NCBI GenBank assembly: GCA_016931935.1
Contig: JAFGDW010000300.1
Span: forward strand, 55,274 to 119,273
Source of the DNA: Candidatus Zhuqueibacterota bacterium
GTDB lineage: Bacteria; Zhuqueibacterota; Zhuqueibacteria; Thermofontimicrobiales; Thiofontviventaceae
DNA: 64,000 nucleotides
Direction of reading: 5' to 3'
The notes under the pieces are model-generated. The model was not told where the DNA came from, made no database searches, and saw only the letters and a list, made by a program, of their open reading frames with translations. Both the position numbers and the translations under genes were made by a program. Of this stretch, positions 38,401 to 47,582 are shown one piece after another; position 1 is the first letter of the stretch, and each line of letters starts with the position of its first letter.

Positions 38401-40858
38401 ATACGGCGGTTCGGTAGCAGATATGGCCTACGATGAAGTACACGACATCGTTCTGGCAGCATTGAGCGCGCCGCAATCCGTATTTATTTCCGCTGACAGT
38501 GGTTTAACCTGGACGGCTGCATTCCCATATGATTCGTTGGAATTCTGGACCGGCCAGGAACGTCGCGGCTTTGGTGGCCGGGCTGACCAGGTACAAGCTT
38601 CCCTCGGATATTGTTATGCCAAAACCAGTCAGGAAGCTGGTACACTTACCGGTTCCCAGGTATCGTTTGATGGTATTAACTGGAAAACCCTGCTTGATCC
38701 ATACATGGTTGGCAATCTGTTAGGTACAACTTTTCCGGGACAAGCCAATGGTCAATATGCCATCGGCTCACTGTCAACGTATGGCCCGGTAGCGCTTGTA
38801 AGCGCGATGAATTTCGTATTTCGCACTACTGACGCCGGACAAACGTGGGATATTAGTGTCGTGCCAAATTCAACGGCATTTAATACAGATAAAACCATCA
38901 CGACAGTCGAATTATGTCGGGATGATCCGACGGGGCGCAGTTTTTATGTGGTGTTAACCGGTAATAACGGCTCATCCAATCCGGAATTCTATCGCACCCA
39001 TGATGGGGTTGATTTCAGTCGAATCTTTATCGTCTCCGGCGCTGATACAGTTCACAACGTTATGGGCATCACAACACATCCGTATGCCAGCGATACTTTA
39101 TGGGCAGCAGCTGTTGATGAAGGCAAGCCGACACTCGGCGGATTGTGGCGATCATACGACGCCGGAGCCAATTGGACAATGATTTACCCGGGCGGGAATC
39201 CCCATAATGCACCAATGGCAACAATTTATGAAGACATCAGCTATCCGGGACCAAATAATCTCCGAATTTTCATTGTCGGCGAAAACAAATATTCTGACGA
39301 TTTAGGCACCACCTGGGTAGAATTCAGTCCGCAAACTGATCCATATGTAGATCGTGGATCAAACGCCAGAGCGGGTATCGGTCATGTGACCAACACCGAT
39401 ATTTATTTTGCCATGGGTGACGGTGCGCCATCGCGCTCAACGACGGGTATTGATGGCTACTATCTGTTTGTGCCAACCGGACTTGAAGGCATAAATATCT
39501 GGGACATTGCCCAGGTACCTAACCAGGTTGATAAAGTCTATCTGGCAACAAGTGTCGGTATTGCCTATACATCCGAGTTTACGAATACCGCATTAACTTC
39601 CACGCAAAAATGGGCATCACCCTATGGCAATTATCCGATCAATCCGGCGCAAGGCGGTAATACCGGATTTACTGCGATTGAAATTGATCCGAACAATACG
39701 TTGCATGTTGTGGCAGCCAATGGCAATGCAATTTTTGTAACGATGAACGGCGGCTTTACCAATAACGATTGGGATGCCACCCAATATAGCGAAGTTAGCG
39801 GATTGGACGAATCCGAGTTTAAAGGACGTGGCGGCCAGGTCAGCCAGATTACATTTATCACCAGCGACACGTTGATCGCCTCTGTATTTTGTGAACATTC
39901 GCTTTATGGCGTGCTCATGCAAAGCACCGATGGTGGCTACACCTGGTCAACAATGCCACAAGCCGGTGAACATGCGTTCCGTACTGTTATTGCCGCGTGG
40001 AATAGTGCACAGGATTCGGTTGTGCTCTATGCCGGTGGAGGCCATGTTACAGAAGATGTGTTTACTCATGCCACCCTGATCGATTCGGGTGCAGTCTATC
40101 GTTCCGAAGATCGGGGCGCGACATGGTCACAAGTCTCCACGGCTCCACATGGTGTATTCAATCCCGCGCCGTATCCGTTGCCGATTAACAATATGATGGC
40201 AAAACCGGGCAGCCTGGATACGCTGTACATGGCGTGCGGTGAAAATTTGAGCAATGCCATTGTCCGAACGTTTGACGGTGGCGTCACGCTCGAATCGTTG
40301 AGCATGGCCGCAGTCGGCATGTTTGAGGGCGCGTTTGAAGCGGTGGCGATCAACAAGAATCATCCCGATAGCGTGTACTTTGCCGTTCGTCGTGATATTT
40401 TGGTGTACGATGCTGCTTCAAACACCACAGCCACAATGTTCCGCGGCTACCCGGGTGAATTGACCCACGCATTGTTATTTGATGAGTTGACAATGGGATC
40501 ATCATCCGGTTTCTACCAATTGACAGCGCCAACGAATACCGATCCCAGTGCGCTTGATGGTAAGAAAGCAACAATTCCGACACGAGTGGAACTGGCGCAG
40601 AACTATCCGAATCCGTTTAATCCATCTACCAGCATTATTTTCTCACTACCGCAGGACGGTAACGTGAAGCTGGAAGTATTCAACCTGATCGGCCAGCGAG
40701 TCGCCACGCTGCTTTCCGAACCACGGAAAGCCGGTGAACATCGCATCAGCTACCAGGCGGATGATCTGGCCAGCGGTATCTATTTCTATCGGCTACAGGT
40801 CACCTTTGCCAACGGACAGAAGCGAATTCTGTCGAAGAAGTTGATGGTGATCAAGTAG
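35462..40858 (+). CDS. Giant secreted protein: N-terminal Ig/cohesin-like domain, 5 tandem ~155-aa novel repeats with poly-Pro linkers, BNR/Asp-box-like beta-propeller region, and a T9SS type-A C-terminal sorting domain
   Basis: Start set at MQQYKK (signal peptide; AGGAGG RBS at ~35444). Repeats span aa 206-975 of the track ORF with a conserved F.F......PDS.F...FA.T.P.PADSQ.SRI core, ...LVHDG.DPF... and IEV.A..L.L. Followed by PPPPPPPPPPPTP. Then six or more SxDxGxTW Asp-box motifs (SADSGLTWT, TTDAGQTWD, SYDAGANWT, SDDLGTTWV, STDGGYTWS, SEDRGATWS). C-terminus QNYPNPFNPSTSIIFSLPQDGNVKLEVFNLIGQRVATL...SGIYFYRL matches the Por-secretion CTD signature. Confidence 0.8.
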   Translation: MQQYKKLFIITLVLLSTIFSMQIALVAQGQPPESPKGPMGIPFMLAFMPGDSAKIPVEFFESVPADSQVSGFAFTLVKNSSDLKFHGVDTAATALSHWTVDYTMSGDSIRVQANAPGGVYFTKPDGPPALLCAIRGMIYQGAAVGDSIGLQIRHVSIVKKGQTVALPDSMFGPSMIKLQTGDTPPQPGNTIAFTFLDTQSWPDSSFSIDFAVTEPVPADSQVSRIRGVMEAIPNEVMWSSSESMLSPQFSGWSLIVTPESGLVEFDLEAPNGTYLVHDGNDPFVIFSLGGNILSTSMPGTNIEVQADRLFLTIKGTELVTDPDKVHSGFIKIMGDEPPPPPPGNELSFSFGHSFSKPDSGFGLDFMITQPIPADSQLIRIHAKVVANPTEVIWTSNGQILAPELSNWALDIIPGDEFVEFELMSIDGSPLVHDGQDPFIVFNLTGVVKGYATPDHAIEVVATELELEVNNKVVTADPQIIMPGKIMLDDGENPPPPPDHGYLFSFNEAISDPGSYFNLMFALTSPVPPDSQLSRIRMVVQSMPPALNWAETGHSLQPIMSDWTLTVTPGPEATEFDLVAPPGVFLATDSSMSGLNLVLFSGEVAPDAPAQGMVDVQAKELFLTLNGVEKTIDPITVQPGKVLLGNGEEPPPGQQSLFAFFDTFSKPDSNFAMEFAITQPIPADSQLSRICAVVRAMPQELDWSPTGHMLAPGMESWSLNVTVGNDSMMFDIQAPTGQFITHDAMVPLVLATFVGGVRPSASVEQNIEVKAENLKLTIKGIEHEFDPGMIQPGKVRLNNNPDGPPPGGESLFIFFDTNAEPGTDFLLDFAVAMPVPADSEISRLQIGLKIEPNLLVWNADESKVAEELADWTLTSTAAGDSMEFDLQSTSGSFLVHDGFDPYRIATLAGSVQASAPQNAIIQLTATKIYVTMHGVVTSIPPTSIPPVKIMLGGHVGPPPPPPPPPPPTPISSGDGRMNLGLYGGSVADMAYDEVHDIVLAALSAPQSVFISADSGLTWTAAFPYDSLEFWTGQERRGFGGRADQVQASLGYCYAKTSQEAGTLTGSQVSFDGINWKTLLDPYMVGNLLGTTFPGQANGQYAIGSLSTYGPVALVSAMNFVFRTTDAGQTWDISVVPNSTAFNTDKTITTVELCRDDPTGRSFYVVLTGNNGSSNPEFYRTHDGVDFSRIFIVSGADTVHNVMGITTHPYASDTLWAAAVDEGKPTLGGLWRSYDAGANWTMIYPGGNPHNAPMATIYEDISYPGPNNLRIFIVGENKYSDDLGTTWVEFSPQTDPYVDRGSNARAGIGHVTNTDIYFAMGDGAPSRSTTGIDGYYLFVPTGLEGINIWDIAQVPNQVDKVYLATSVGIAYTSEFTNTALTSTQKWASPYGNYPINPAQGGNTGFTAIEIDPNNTLHVVAANGNAIFVTMNGGFTNNDWDATQYSEVSGLDESEFKGRGGQVSQITFITSDTLIASVFCEHSLYGVLMQSTDGGYTWSTMPQAGEHAFRTVIAAWNSAQDSVVLYAGGGHVTEDVFTHATLIDSGAVYRSEDRGATWSQVSTAPHGVFNPAPYPLPINNMMAKPGSLDTLYMACGENLSNAIVRTFDGGVTLESLSMAAVGMFEGAFEAVAINKNHPDSVYFAVRRDILVYDAASNTTATMFRGYPGELTHALLFDELTMGSSSGFYQLTAPTNTDPSALDGKKATIPTRVELAQNYPNPFNPSTSIIFSLPQDGNVKLEVFNLIGQRVATLLSEPRKAGEHRISYQADDLASGIYFYRLQVTFANGQKRILSKKLMVIK
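35546..38340 (+). repeat. Tandem in-frame coding repeats (~465-480 bp unit, ~6 copies counting the diverged first domain) inside the giant CDS
   Basis: Periodic protein motif (PADSQ[VL]SRI) recurs every ~155 aa. Units are separated by Pro-rich linkers (PPPPPPGN, PPPPPDHG, EPPPGQQ, GPPPGGE, PPPPPPPPPPPTP). Diverged at ~30-40% aa identity, so ancient rather than recent duplications. Confidence 0.6.
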
Positions 40859-40868
40859 TATAGTTTAA

Positions 40869-40901
40869 TTGGCAAGCGGGAGATTTTCTTCCGCTTGCCA
40901 A
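40869..40901 (+). terminator. Perfect 11-bp hairpin immediately after the giant CDS stop
   Basis: ttggcaagcgg(40869-79)/ccgcttgccaa(40891-901). No clear T-run, so possibly rho-dependent or an RNA-stability element. Confidence 0.35.
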
Positions 40902-41020
40902 TACCCCAACTATCTCAAAGAACTCCAACTTCAATAGTTAAATAATTTCACCTTGATTTTCTCCTAACTTTTTCGTAATATTACCGAATCCTTCCCTACA
41001 CTTAATCTAAAAAAAACTTC

Positions 41021-41057
41021 ATTGAATTTTGAGTTTTGAATGTTGAATTTTGAATGG
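41021..41057. repeat. Left inverted repeat of the four-helix-bundle gene cassette (ttgaatg / gttttgaat-rich)
   Basis: attgaattttgagttttgaatgttgaattttgaatgg. Its imperfect reverse complement lies at 41511-41543. Confidence 0.5.
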
Positions 41058-41130
41058 AAAAATTATAGCACTTTGTTCCAGCCATTATCGAGTAAACATT
41101 TGTTACTAAATTTCAAAGGGAAAACATTGA

Positions 41131-41484
41131 ATGAAAGACAATATTATTCGGGATAGAAGTTTTGAATTTGCATTGGCGATTATTAATCTCTACCAGTCAC
41201 TGATCTAAGATAAGGAATTTGTGTCGTCCAAACAACTACTTCGAAGTGGGACAAGTATAGGGGCAAACATTGAAGAATCAGGTGCCGCCCAAAGCAAGCG
41301 GGATTTTCTATCAAAAATGTCAATTGCCTCAAAAGAAGCGCGAGAAGCAAAGTATTGGCTACGATTATTGAACGAAAACAAATTAATCCAAATTAATGTC
41401 GATGAATATCTCGGTGAAATTGATCAGATTATAAATATCTTGACCAGAATTGTCAAAACAACATCACAAAATTTAAAAAATTAG
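41131..41484 (+). pseudogene. Four-helix-bundle protein (TIGR02436; '23S rRNA intervening-sequence protein' family) interrupted by an in-frame TAA at 41206..41208
   Basis: Reading from the ATG at 41131 gives MKDNIIRDRSFEFALAIINLYQSLI*DKEFVSSKQLLRSGTSIGANIEESGAAQSKRDFLSKMSIASKEAREAKYWLRLL... The family-defining LLRSGTSIGANI..E..G..SK.DF and KEARE..YWL motifs are intact on both sides of the stop. The ORF track only reports the downstream GTG-initiated fragment 41221..41484. Confidence 0.6.
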
Positions 41485-41510
41485 CACACCATGAGGCGTT
41501 ATTTTTTTCT

Positions 41511-41543
41511 AATTCAAAACTCAACATTCAACATTCAAAATTT
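41511..41543. repeat. Right inverted repeat of the four-helix-bundle gene cassette
   Basis: aattcaaaactcaacattcaacattcaaaattt. Its reverse complement aaattttgaatgttgaatgttgagttttgaatt matches the left repeat's motif content. Confidence 0.5.
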
Positions 41544-41551
41544 AGTACTAA

Positions 41552-42775
41552 ATGTCTAAGCAACTTCGCACTCTCTACGACAACGAAAATGCAGTCTCAT
41601 TCCTCATTTGCATGCTCATTTTCGGTATATCGGGCGGACTAAACTCCGGATCGCTGAATAATTACCTGCACGAGGTATTGGCTATTTCCCAGGTGGAACG
41701 TGGTATAGTGGAATTCCCACGGGAACTACCAGGCTTACTGCTAATGTTCATCATCGCCATTCTGTCACGATTTTCCGAGCTGAAAGTCATGAATTTCGCG
41801 TTGCTGATTTCCATGACCGGCATGATCGGTCTGGGATTTGTGGGTGATACACGAACGATGGCCATTGTCTCCATCATTCTTTTCAGCACCGGTGAGCACA
41901 TGTTGATGCCGATCAAACAATCGGTTGCCATGCACATGGCACGAAATGGCAAGGAAGGGTTGGCCATGGGCGGTGTCAGCAGCCTGGAAAATATCGGACA
42001 ATTGATTGGGCAATACACGATTCCCGTACTATTTTTGATTGTTGGTTTTATCATCCCAGGCGTCAGTGTTTATGGAAAATTCCGCCATGTATTTCTGCTG
42101 GCTGCCATCGTGCTGTTTGGCGCGTTTGTCATTGCGTCACGAATCCGTGAAACCCATGGACATATCGAACGAAAGAAAATTTATTTTCGGAAGAAATTCA
42201 CCAAATACTATATTCTGGAAATGTTCTTTGGCGCACGTAAACAGGTATTTCTCACATTCGCACCGTATGTGCTGGTTCTAAATTATGGGGCAAAAACCGA
42301 ATACGTAGCATTTCTCTACGGCTTGTGGTCGTTTATCAACATTTTTCTTGGTCCGTTAATGGGACGACTGATCGACAGGCTTGGCTATAAACTTATCATT
42401 GTAATCGATACGATTGTGCTTGTCGGATTGTGCTTCCTGTACGGATTTAGTCATCGTTTATTCCCACATCCGATTGCATTTGCTATCATATCCGTTGTGT
42501 TTGTGCTCGATGCTATTTTATTCATGGTCGGCATGGCGCGGGCAGTGTATGTGAAATCAATTTCCAATTCGAAAGCAGAAATCACTACCGTACTTTCAAC
42601 CGGCGTTTCCATCAATCATGTGGTTAGCATTGCGATTGCTATTGCTGGTGGTATTATCTGGCAAAAAATCGGAATCGAAGGCTTATTTTCGTTGGCGGCA
42701 GTATTTGGAATTGGGTCATTTTTATTTGCATTGACATTGCCTTCACCAAGCACAATTTCAGCAATACGGTCATGA
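41552..42775 (+). CDS. MFS transporter (12 TMS)
   Basis: 407 aa. 12 hydrophobic segments and MFS-like loop motifs. Confidence 0.75.
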   Translation: MSKQLRTLYDNENAVSFLICMLIFGISGGLNSGSLNNYLHEVLAISQVERGIVEFPRELPGLLLMFIIAILSRFSELKVMNFALLISMTGMIGLGFVGDTRTMAIVSIILFSTGEHMLMPIKQSVAMHMARNGKEGLAMGGVSSLENIGQLIGQYTIPVLFLIVGFIIPGVSVYGKFRHVFLLAAIVLFGAFVIASRIRETHGHIERKKIYFRKKFTKYYILEMFFGARKQVFLTFAPYVLVLNYGAKTEYVAFLYGLWSFINIFLGPLMGRLIDRLGYKLIIVIDTIVLVGLCFLYGFSHRLFPHPIAFAIISVVFVLDAILFMVGMARAVYVKSISNSKAEITTVLSTGVSINHVVSIAIAIAGGIIWQKIGIEGLFSLAAVFGIGSFLFALTLPSPSTISAIRS

Positions 42776-42977
42776 AATGACACTAATTAGTGTTTGAACG
42801 AAAACGCCCAAACATGTCATTCCGAGTCGCTTTTTGACGAGGAATCTATGACCTCACAACGCTTATAGAACCAAAGTAATAGTGGTCGCAAATTTTTCGT
42901 CGCTTCACTCATTAAAATGACAAAAAATGAGTTTTTGTTCAGACTATAATTAACAATCATAATTTATGAGGGAGAAT

Positions 42978-43640
42978 ATGAAAAAAATAATCATACGGAT
43001 GCTTCTTATCGTCGTCCTGCTGGTGGTCGCAATCTTCGTTTACGGCCTCATTCTTGTGAAACAAGCCGCTGTAATCTCTGAAGGCGCACTTATTCCCAAT
43101 TACGAAAATCCGGAGGCAGCGCTGCTGGTGATTGATATTCAGGAAGGCACGTCCGGTCGCTCCTCGATGATTGAAGGACTCATCGAGCAATCGGATTCGC
43201 TTATCCGAACCGTGAATCATGTCATCGATATTGCTGATTCTAACGGTATGCCAGTCATTTACATTACGCAGGAAAACGAAAACTGGCTGGTGAATTTGGC
43301 AAGCGGAAAGACTATGGCGAAGGGCAGTCCCGGCGCTGATATCGACAGGCGGGTGAATGTGGTTTCGGACAATCGTTTTTCAAAGACTAAACAGGATGCA
43401 TTCAGCAATCCGAATCTGGAAAAATTTTTACGCGACTATCAAGTCGCGGCGCTATTTATCACCGGACTGGATGCGGCGTATTGTGTGAATTCGACATCGT
43501 TTGCTGCTTTAAATCGTGGATATAAAGTTAACATCATTCAGGATGCCATTATTGCCAGCGAGGCAGAAATAAAGAATCAAAAGATCGCTGAATTCAAAAA
43601 AGCTGGTATGAATATCATTTCCTCAAAAGAATTTCATTAA
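42978..43640 (+). CDS. Isochorismatase-family cysteine hydrolase with N-terminal membrane anchor
   Basis: N-terminal TM (IIRMLLIVVLLVVAIFVYGLIL), then ALLVIDIQEG...ITGLDAAYCVNSTSFAALNRGYKV (catalytic Cys-containing motif). Start chosen at the second ATG, which has a GAGGGA RBS. Confidence 0.7.
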   Translation: MKKIIIRMLLIVVLLVVAIFVYGLILVKQAAVISEGALIPNYENPEAALLVIDIQEGTSGRSSMIEGLIEQSDSLIRTVNHVIDIADSNGMPVIYITQENENWLVNLASGKTMAKGSPGADIDRRVNVVSDNRFSKTKQDAFSNPNLEKFLRDYQVAALFITGLDAAYCVNSTSFAALNRGYKVNIIQDAIIASEAEIKNQKIAEFKKAGMNIISSKEFH

Positions 43641-43805
43641 ATTTTTGGCATAAAGTTAATTTCATAAAAAATCGGACGATGGTGTTGTAACCGACAAAGA
43701 GCCAGTAATTGTACGCACACGCAATAACCACTCACTATCCCGAACCTCTTTACTGGATTGAAAATTAAACTGAATCCGAATCCGACGCTAATTAATAGTT
43801 CGCTT

Positions 43806-46148
43806 ATGAAACAACGATTTATATCCGGCATTTGTCTATGCCTCTGGACGATTTTATTCCTGAATTTTTCAGGGATATTTGCCGAACCAAACACATCGAA
43901 GCATATGAGTGAAACGCGCGCGCTGTGGGTTACTCGTTGGGATTTTACCTCCCCGGATGATATAAAAACGATTATGCGCAATGCGGCGGCGTACCACTTC
44001 AATACTGTTTTCTTTCAGGTGCGAGGTGCGGGGACAGTTTATTTCAAATCAAGGTATGAACCGCCGGCATTTAACGGTTCGCAATTCTGGGATCCGCTGG
44101 ATGTCGCAATCAAAGCGGCACACCAGCACAATATGCAATTGCATGCGTGGGTCAACGTCTATCCTGGCTGGGCAGGTACCTCACCACCGGAACATCCGGG
44201 ACAGCTCTGGAACGAGCATCCCGATTGGTTCATCACCGATGCCGAGCGTAATCCAATGACGCTCAATCGGCATTACGTCTGGCTGTCACCAACTCATCCG
44301 GATGCACGACTGCACCTGACGCAGCTTTTTTGCGAACTTATCAGTCGCTATGATATCGACGGTCTCCATTTCGATTACATCCGTTTTCCCGGACCAGGCT
44401 ATTCCTACGATTCATTGTCCGTTGCTCGTTTCAAAAATCAAACAATAGATTATGCCGGAAATATTCACGAACTATGGGATCAGTATCGACGCGATGGCAT
44501 CACGCAACTGGTAAAGGCCATTTATGGATACACGCGCGAACAAAAACGGAATGTGATTCTTTCCAGTGCAGTGATGCGAAATCGTGATATTGGGCGGCGC
44601 CTGTATATGCAGGATGGCCATCGCTGGCTGGCGGAAGGCGCGACGGATTTTCTCGCGCCCATGCTATACACCACAAATGCATTGCTGTTTGAAAACATGC
44701 TGAATGATCATTTGCGGAACGCGCACGAACGTTATATTTTCCCCGGCATCAACATCACCGACGGCCCAAAGGTTGAAGCACAAATCATGCTCTGCCGGTC
44801 GCATGGTATTCCCGGGCACTGTCTGTTTTCATATGAGGAGTTGTTTCCCGGTCACAGACCGAATGGCACTGCAAATTATTTGCTAAAATCGGTGTACGTC
44901 GAGCCTGCAGACCCCGCCCAATTGGAATGGAAAAAAGATCATACGGAACGAATGGTGATTCATACGGTCGAAACGCTTCCTGATGAGGTTCTCGGTCAGC
45001 AGCCGTTCAATGTTCGCTGCACCGTTTCCAATCTGCAGGAAAAATCGTCGATTTATGCCGCCTGGAGTTTGCAGCCGGATCATTTCCCCATCAAATTCCG
45101 GCGGCCGATGACACGGCTAAATGGCAATTCCAATCAATTTATTACATCCTATCCAATTCCTGCCTTTCCCAAAGGAAGTATCATTTACATGAAAGTAATA
45201 ACGGCGGACAGCTCAAGCGTTAGTGATGTTATCCCGGTGATTGTGCAAACCAGTCAGAAAACATATCAGCAGGAAAAACTATTCGGCCCATTATTATCCA
45301 ATGCGCAGTATGCGGTGACCGATACTTTGGGGCAAACATGGGTGTGTGAACAGGGGAAGCGACAAATCCGCGTGTTTGCTTATATGGGGAATGAACTGCC
45401 ATTTTCACCGATTTCCATCGGGCGCAGTCCCTCGAGTAATTTTGAGTCGCTGCCGAAACCGTGCGGTTTGGCGATCAATCAGTACGGAATTGTGCATGTC
45501 TCAGCCAATTCCGGACGTAACGCGATTTATCGCTACAAATGCCAAACCGGCGCAGCAGCGTCTGCGATTCAGCTCACTTTCTGGCCGGGTGATCTCGATA
45601 TTGATGGCCAGGGCAATATTTTTGTGATTGAATCGGATGGCAATGGCTGGCATATTCTGAATAGCAATGGAAAGGAATTGCGACACAGTCCGATGTTCGG
45701 AGCCCATATGAGCCAGGGAATTGCTGTTAATAAGGAAGGCACACGCGTGTACATTGCCTGTCGTGCTGAGGGAACGGTTCACTGCTGGCAGGGCAGCATT
45801 ATTGGCGATGAAGCAATTTACGAGCAGATGGATGACTTGCCGGTCACAGATGTCGGTCTCGGCGCTGTTGATGTCGGCCCCGACGGACGGGTTTACGTCT
45901 CCCAATGTGACATTGGCACAATTTCGATTTTTAATAAAAATCATGAATTTATTGAATATTTACGTGGCGATGATCCCCCAATTACTGCACCCCGTGGTGT
46001 GGCAATCGCTCCCAACGGACAATATCTGACCGTTGCCGAATGGGGGATTGACAGTCCGCTCTTTATGCAGCGGTGGGAAATTCGGCAGGAAAAGGAATTT
46101 TTAAAAACTGTAAACGGTAACCGGAAAATGGAAAACGTCATCCGGTGA
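43806..46148 (+). CDS. Glycoside hydrolase-like family 10 (GHL10, YngK-like) domain protein with C-terminal NHL-repeat beta-propeller
   Basis: Signal peptide MKQRFISGICLCLWTILFLNFSGIFA. N-terminal ~400 aa resemble the GHL10 TIM-barrel (RALWVTRWDF...NTVFFQVRGAG...LHFDYIRFP). The C-terminal ~350 aa have 5-6 NHL-like blades (PCGLAINQYGIVHV, GNIFVIESDG, GIAVNKEGTRVYIA, GRVYVSQCDIGTISIF, PRGVAIAPNGQYLTVAE). Confidence 0.6.
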   Translation: MKQRFISGICLCLWTILFLNFSGIFAEPNTSKHMSETRALWVTRWDFTSPDDIKTIMRNAAAYHFNTVFFQVRGAGTVYFKSRYEPPAFNGSQFWDPLDVAIKAAHQHNMQLHAWVNVYPGWAGTSPPEHPGQLWNEHPDWFITDAERNPMTLNRHYVWLSPTHPDARLHLTQLFCELISRYDIDGLHFDYIRFPGPGYSYDSLSVARFKNQTIDYAGNIHELWDQYRRDGITQLVKAIYGYTREQKRNVILSSAVMRNRDIGRRLYMQDGHRWLAEGATDFLAPMLYTTNALLFENMLNDHLRNAHERYIFPGINITDGPKVEAQIMLCRSHGIPGHCLFSYEELFPGHRPNGTANYLLKSVYVEPADPAQLEWKKDHTERMVIHTVETLPDEVLGQQPFNVRCTVSNLQEKSSIYAAWSLQPDHFPIKFRRPMTRLNGNSNQFITSYPIPAFPKGSIIYMKVITADSSSVSDVIPVIVQTSQKTYQQEKLFGPLLSNAQYAVTDTLGQTWVCEQGKRQIRVFAYMGNELPFSPISIGRSPSSNFESLPKPCGLAINQYGIVHVSANSGRNAIYRYKCQTGAAASAIQLTFWPGDLDIDGQGNIFVIESDGNGWHILNSNGKELRHSPMFGAHMSQGIAVNKEGTRVYIACRAEGTVHCWQGSIIGDEAIYEQMDDLPVTDVGLGAVDVGPDGRVYVSQCDIGTISIFNKNHEFIEYLRGDDPPITAPRGVAIAPNGQYLTVAEWGIDSPLFMQRWEIRQEKEFLKTVNGNRKMENVIR

Positions 46149-46190
46149 CCGATATTTCTGTTTTCCTTGCTCCGTTCTCCGTTTTCCATT

Positions 46191-47582
46191 CTATCCACTT
46201 TGCTTGCTCCGCTCTCCATTTTCCGTTTCTGCCTGGTTTTCAATGCGCTGTAGCGTAAACAGGGCACGAATATCACGGAACGCAAACAGTGCACTCAACG
46301 TATCTCTAATTCGCCAATCATCAACCGGCTCCAGCCGCCGAGTTAGGAAAATAATCGGGAGACACACAACAAAAATTATGGCGAAATAGAGCCGGTAGAT
46401 ATTTAAATCAGCAAATCCCACATAACGCAATCCCTGCAACAAACCTCCGCCCATAAAAGTCCCAATGAATCCCGCGAGCACACCGGAAATCATGTACATG
46501 AAAATATTCACACCAACCCGATCACCATCAGTAGTAATAGTCAAAAAATAATGTGTCAATGATGTCTCATTTCCTGATCGGCAGGCGCCGAAGATCAGAA
46601 AAATCACCGCCGGATATACAACAATTAGCTGCGCTGGCGCCACAATCCAAAGCGCACAAATCGCAACAAAACCGGCATTGAAAATCACCAGCATTGGCCG
46701 TGGCCCAAAACGGTCGAGAATGATTCTGTTAATATACGATACAGTGATGCTGCCAACGACCTGCACCAGCGTAAAAAACAACGCATTCCGATCGGAAATT
46801 AAATAGCCGCGCTTCAATGCCACGATAGAAAATGGACCGATCAGTACAATCGCCGCACCAGATGCCGTCCAGGCAAACAGCAGCTTACGGATTCGCGGTG
46901 TATGAATCGTGCGAAAGAAGGCCTCCCGGATGGATTTGTGGGCGGAAAGTTTAGGACCATTCGTTTCCGGCACCCGACTGATAATTGAAGCAGCCAACAG
47001 TCCGAAAATGATACCGAACGTAATAATGCCCTGGAACACCGGAATCGATTCGTTATAATTCAAAACGAAAATCAGGCTGCCGACTGTTATCAGCAGCATA
47101 ATATGGAAATACATCCAGTTACTGGCTAAATATTGTCCCCTTGATTTTTGATCGGTAATCTCACCCAAAATCGGTGTATTTGCGGTAATTCCCATACTGC
47201 GAAAACTAAAAAATCCGAAGATGCTAAATACAAGCAGGCCCAATCCCGCATGCGTTCCCCATGTGCGAATGACCAGTGGCACCAATAACAACAACGACGC
47301 ACACATTTTGCGCAGAACCCACACCAAACCATACGTTCGTGCAGCGCCAATACGTTTGACAAACGCCTTTCCGACAAACATAAACGGCATTGTCAGGTAA
47401 AAGAACGATGACAGCAAACCGATAACAAATTCATTCGCACCGTTTTTCAACGCGTAAAGAATGAGAATACTATCGGCCAGGCAGGCAAACGAGACCGCGT
47501 TCATGCGCGTGAACCATAAGTAACGGCTGCGGCCAATGTGCTGCTGTTGGAGTGTTAATTTATCGTGAATCTGGTCAGACAT
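46191..47582 (-). CDS. MFS transporter
   Basis: 463 aa with ~12 TMs. Confidence 0.75.
   Translation of the reverse strand: MSDQIHDKLTLQQQHIGRSRYLWFTRMNAVSFACLADSILILYALKNGANEFVIGLLSSFFYLTMPFMFVGKAFVKRIGAARTYGLVWVLRKMCASLLLLVPLVIRTWGTHAGLGLLVFSIFGFFSFRSMGITANTPILGEITDQKSRGQYLASNWMYFHIMLLITVGSLIFVLNYNESIPVFQGIITFGIIFGLLAASIISRVPETNGPKLSAHKSIREAFFRTIHTPRIRKLLFAWTASGAAIVLIGPFSIVALKRGYLISDRNALFFTLVQVVGSITVSYINRIILDRFGPRPMLVIFNAGFVAICALWIVAPAQLIVVYPAVIFLIFGACRSGNETSLTHYFLTITTDGDRVGVNIFMYMISGVLAGFIGTFMGGGLLQGLRYVGFADLNIYRLYFAIIFVVCLPIIFLTRRLEPVDDWRIRDTLSALFAFRDIRALFTLQRIENQAETENGERSKQSG

Noticed and set aside
41221-41484. GTG-initiated 87-aa ORF called on its own
   Set aside because: It is the C-terminal 92 codons of a four-helix-bundle gene whose true ATG is at 41131. 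An in-frame TAA at 41206 splits it, so it is reported as a pseudogene instead.
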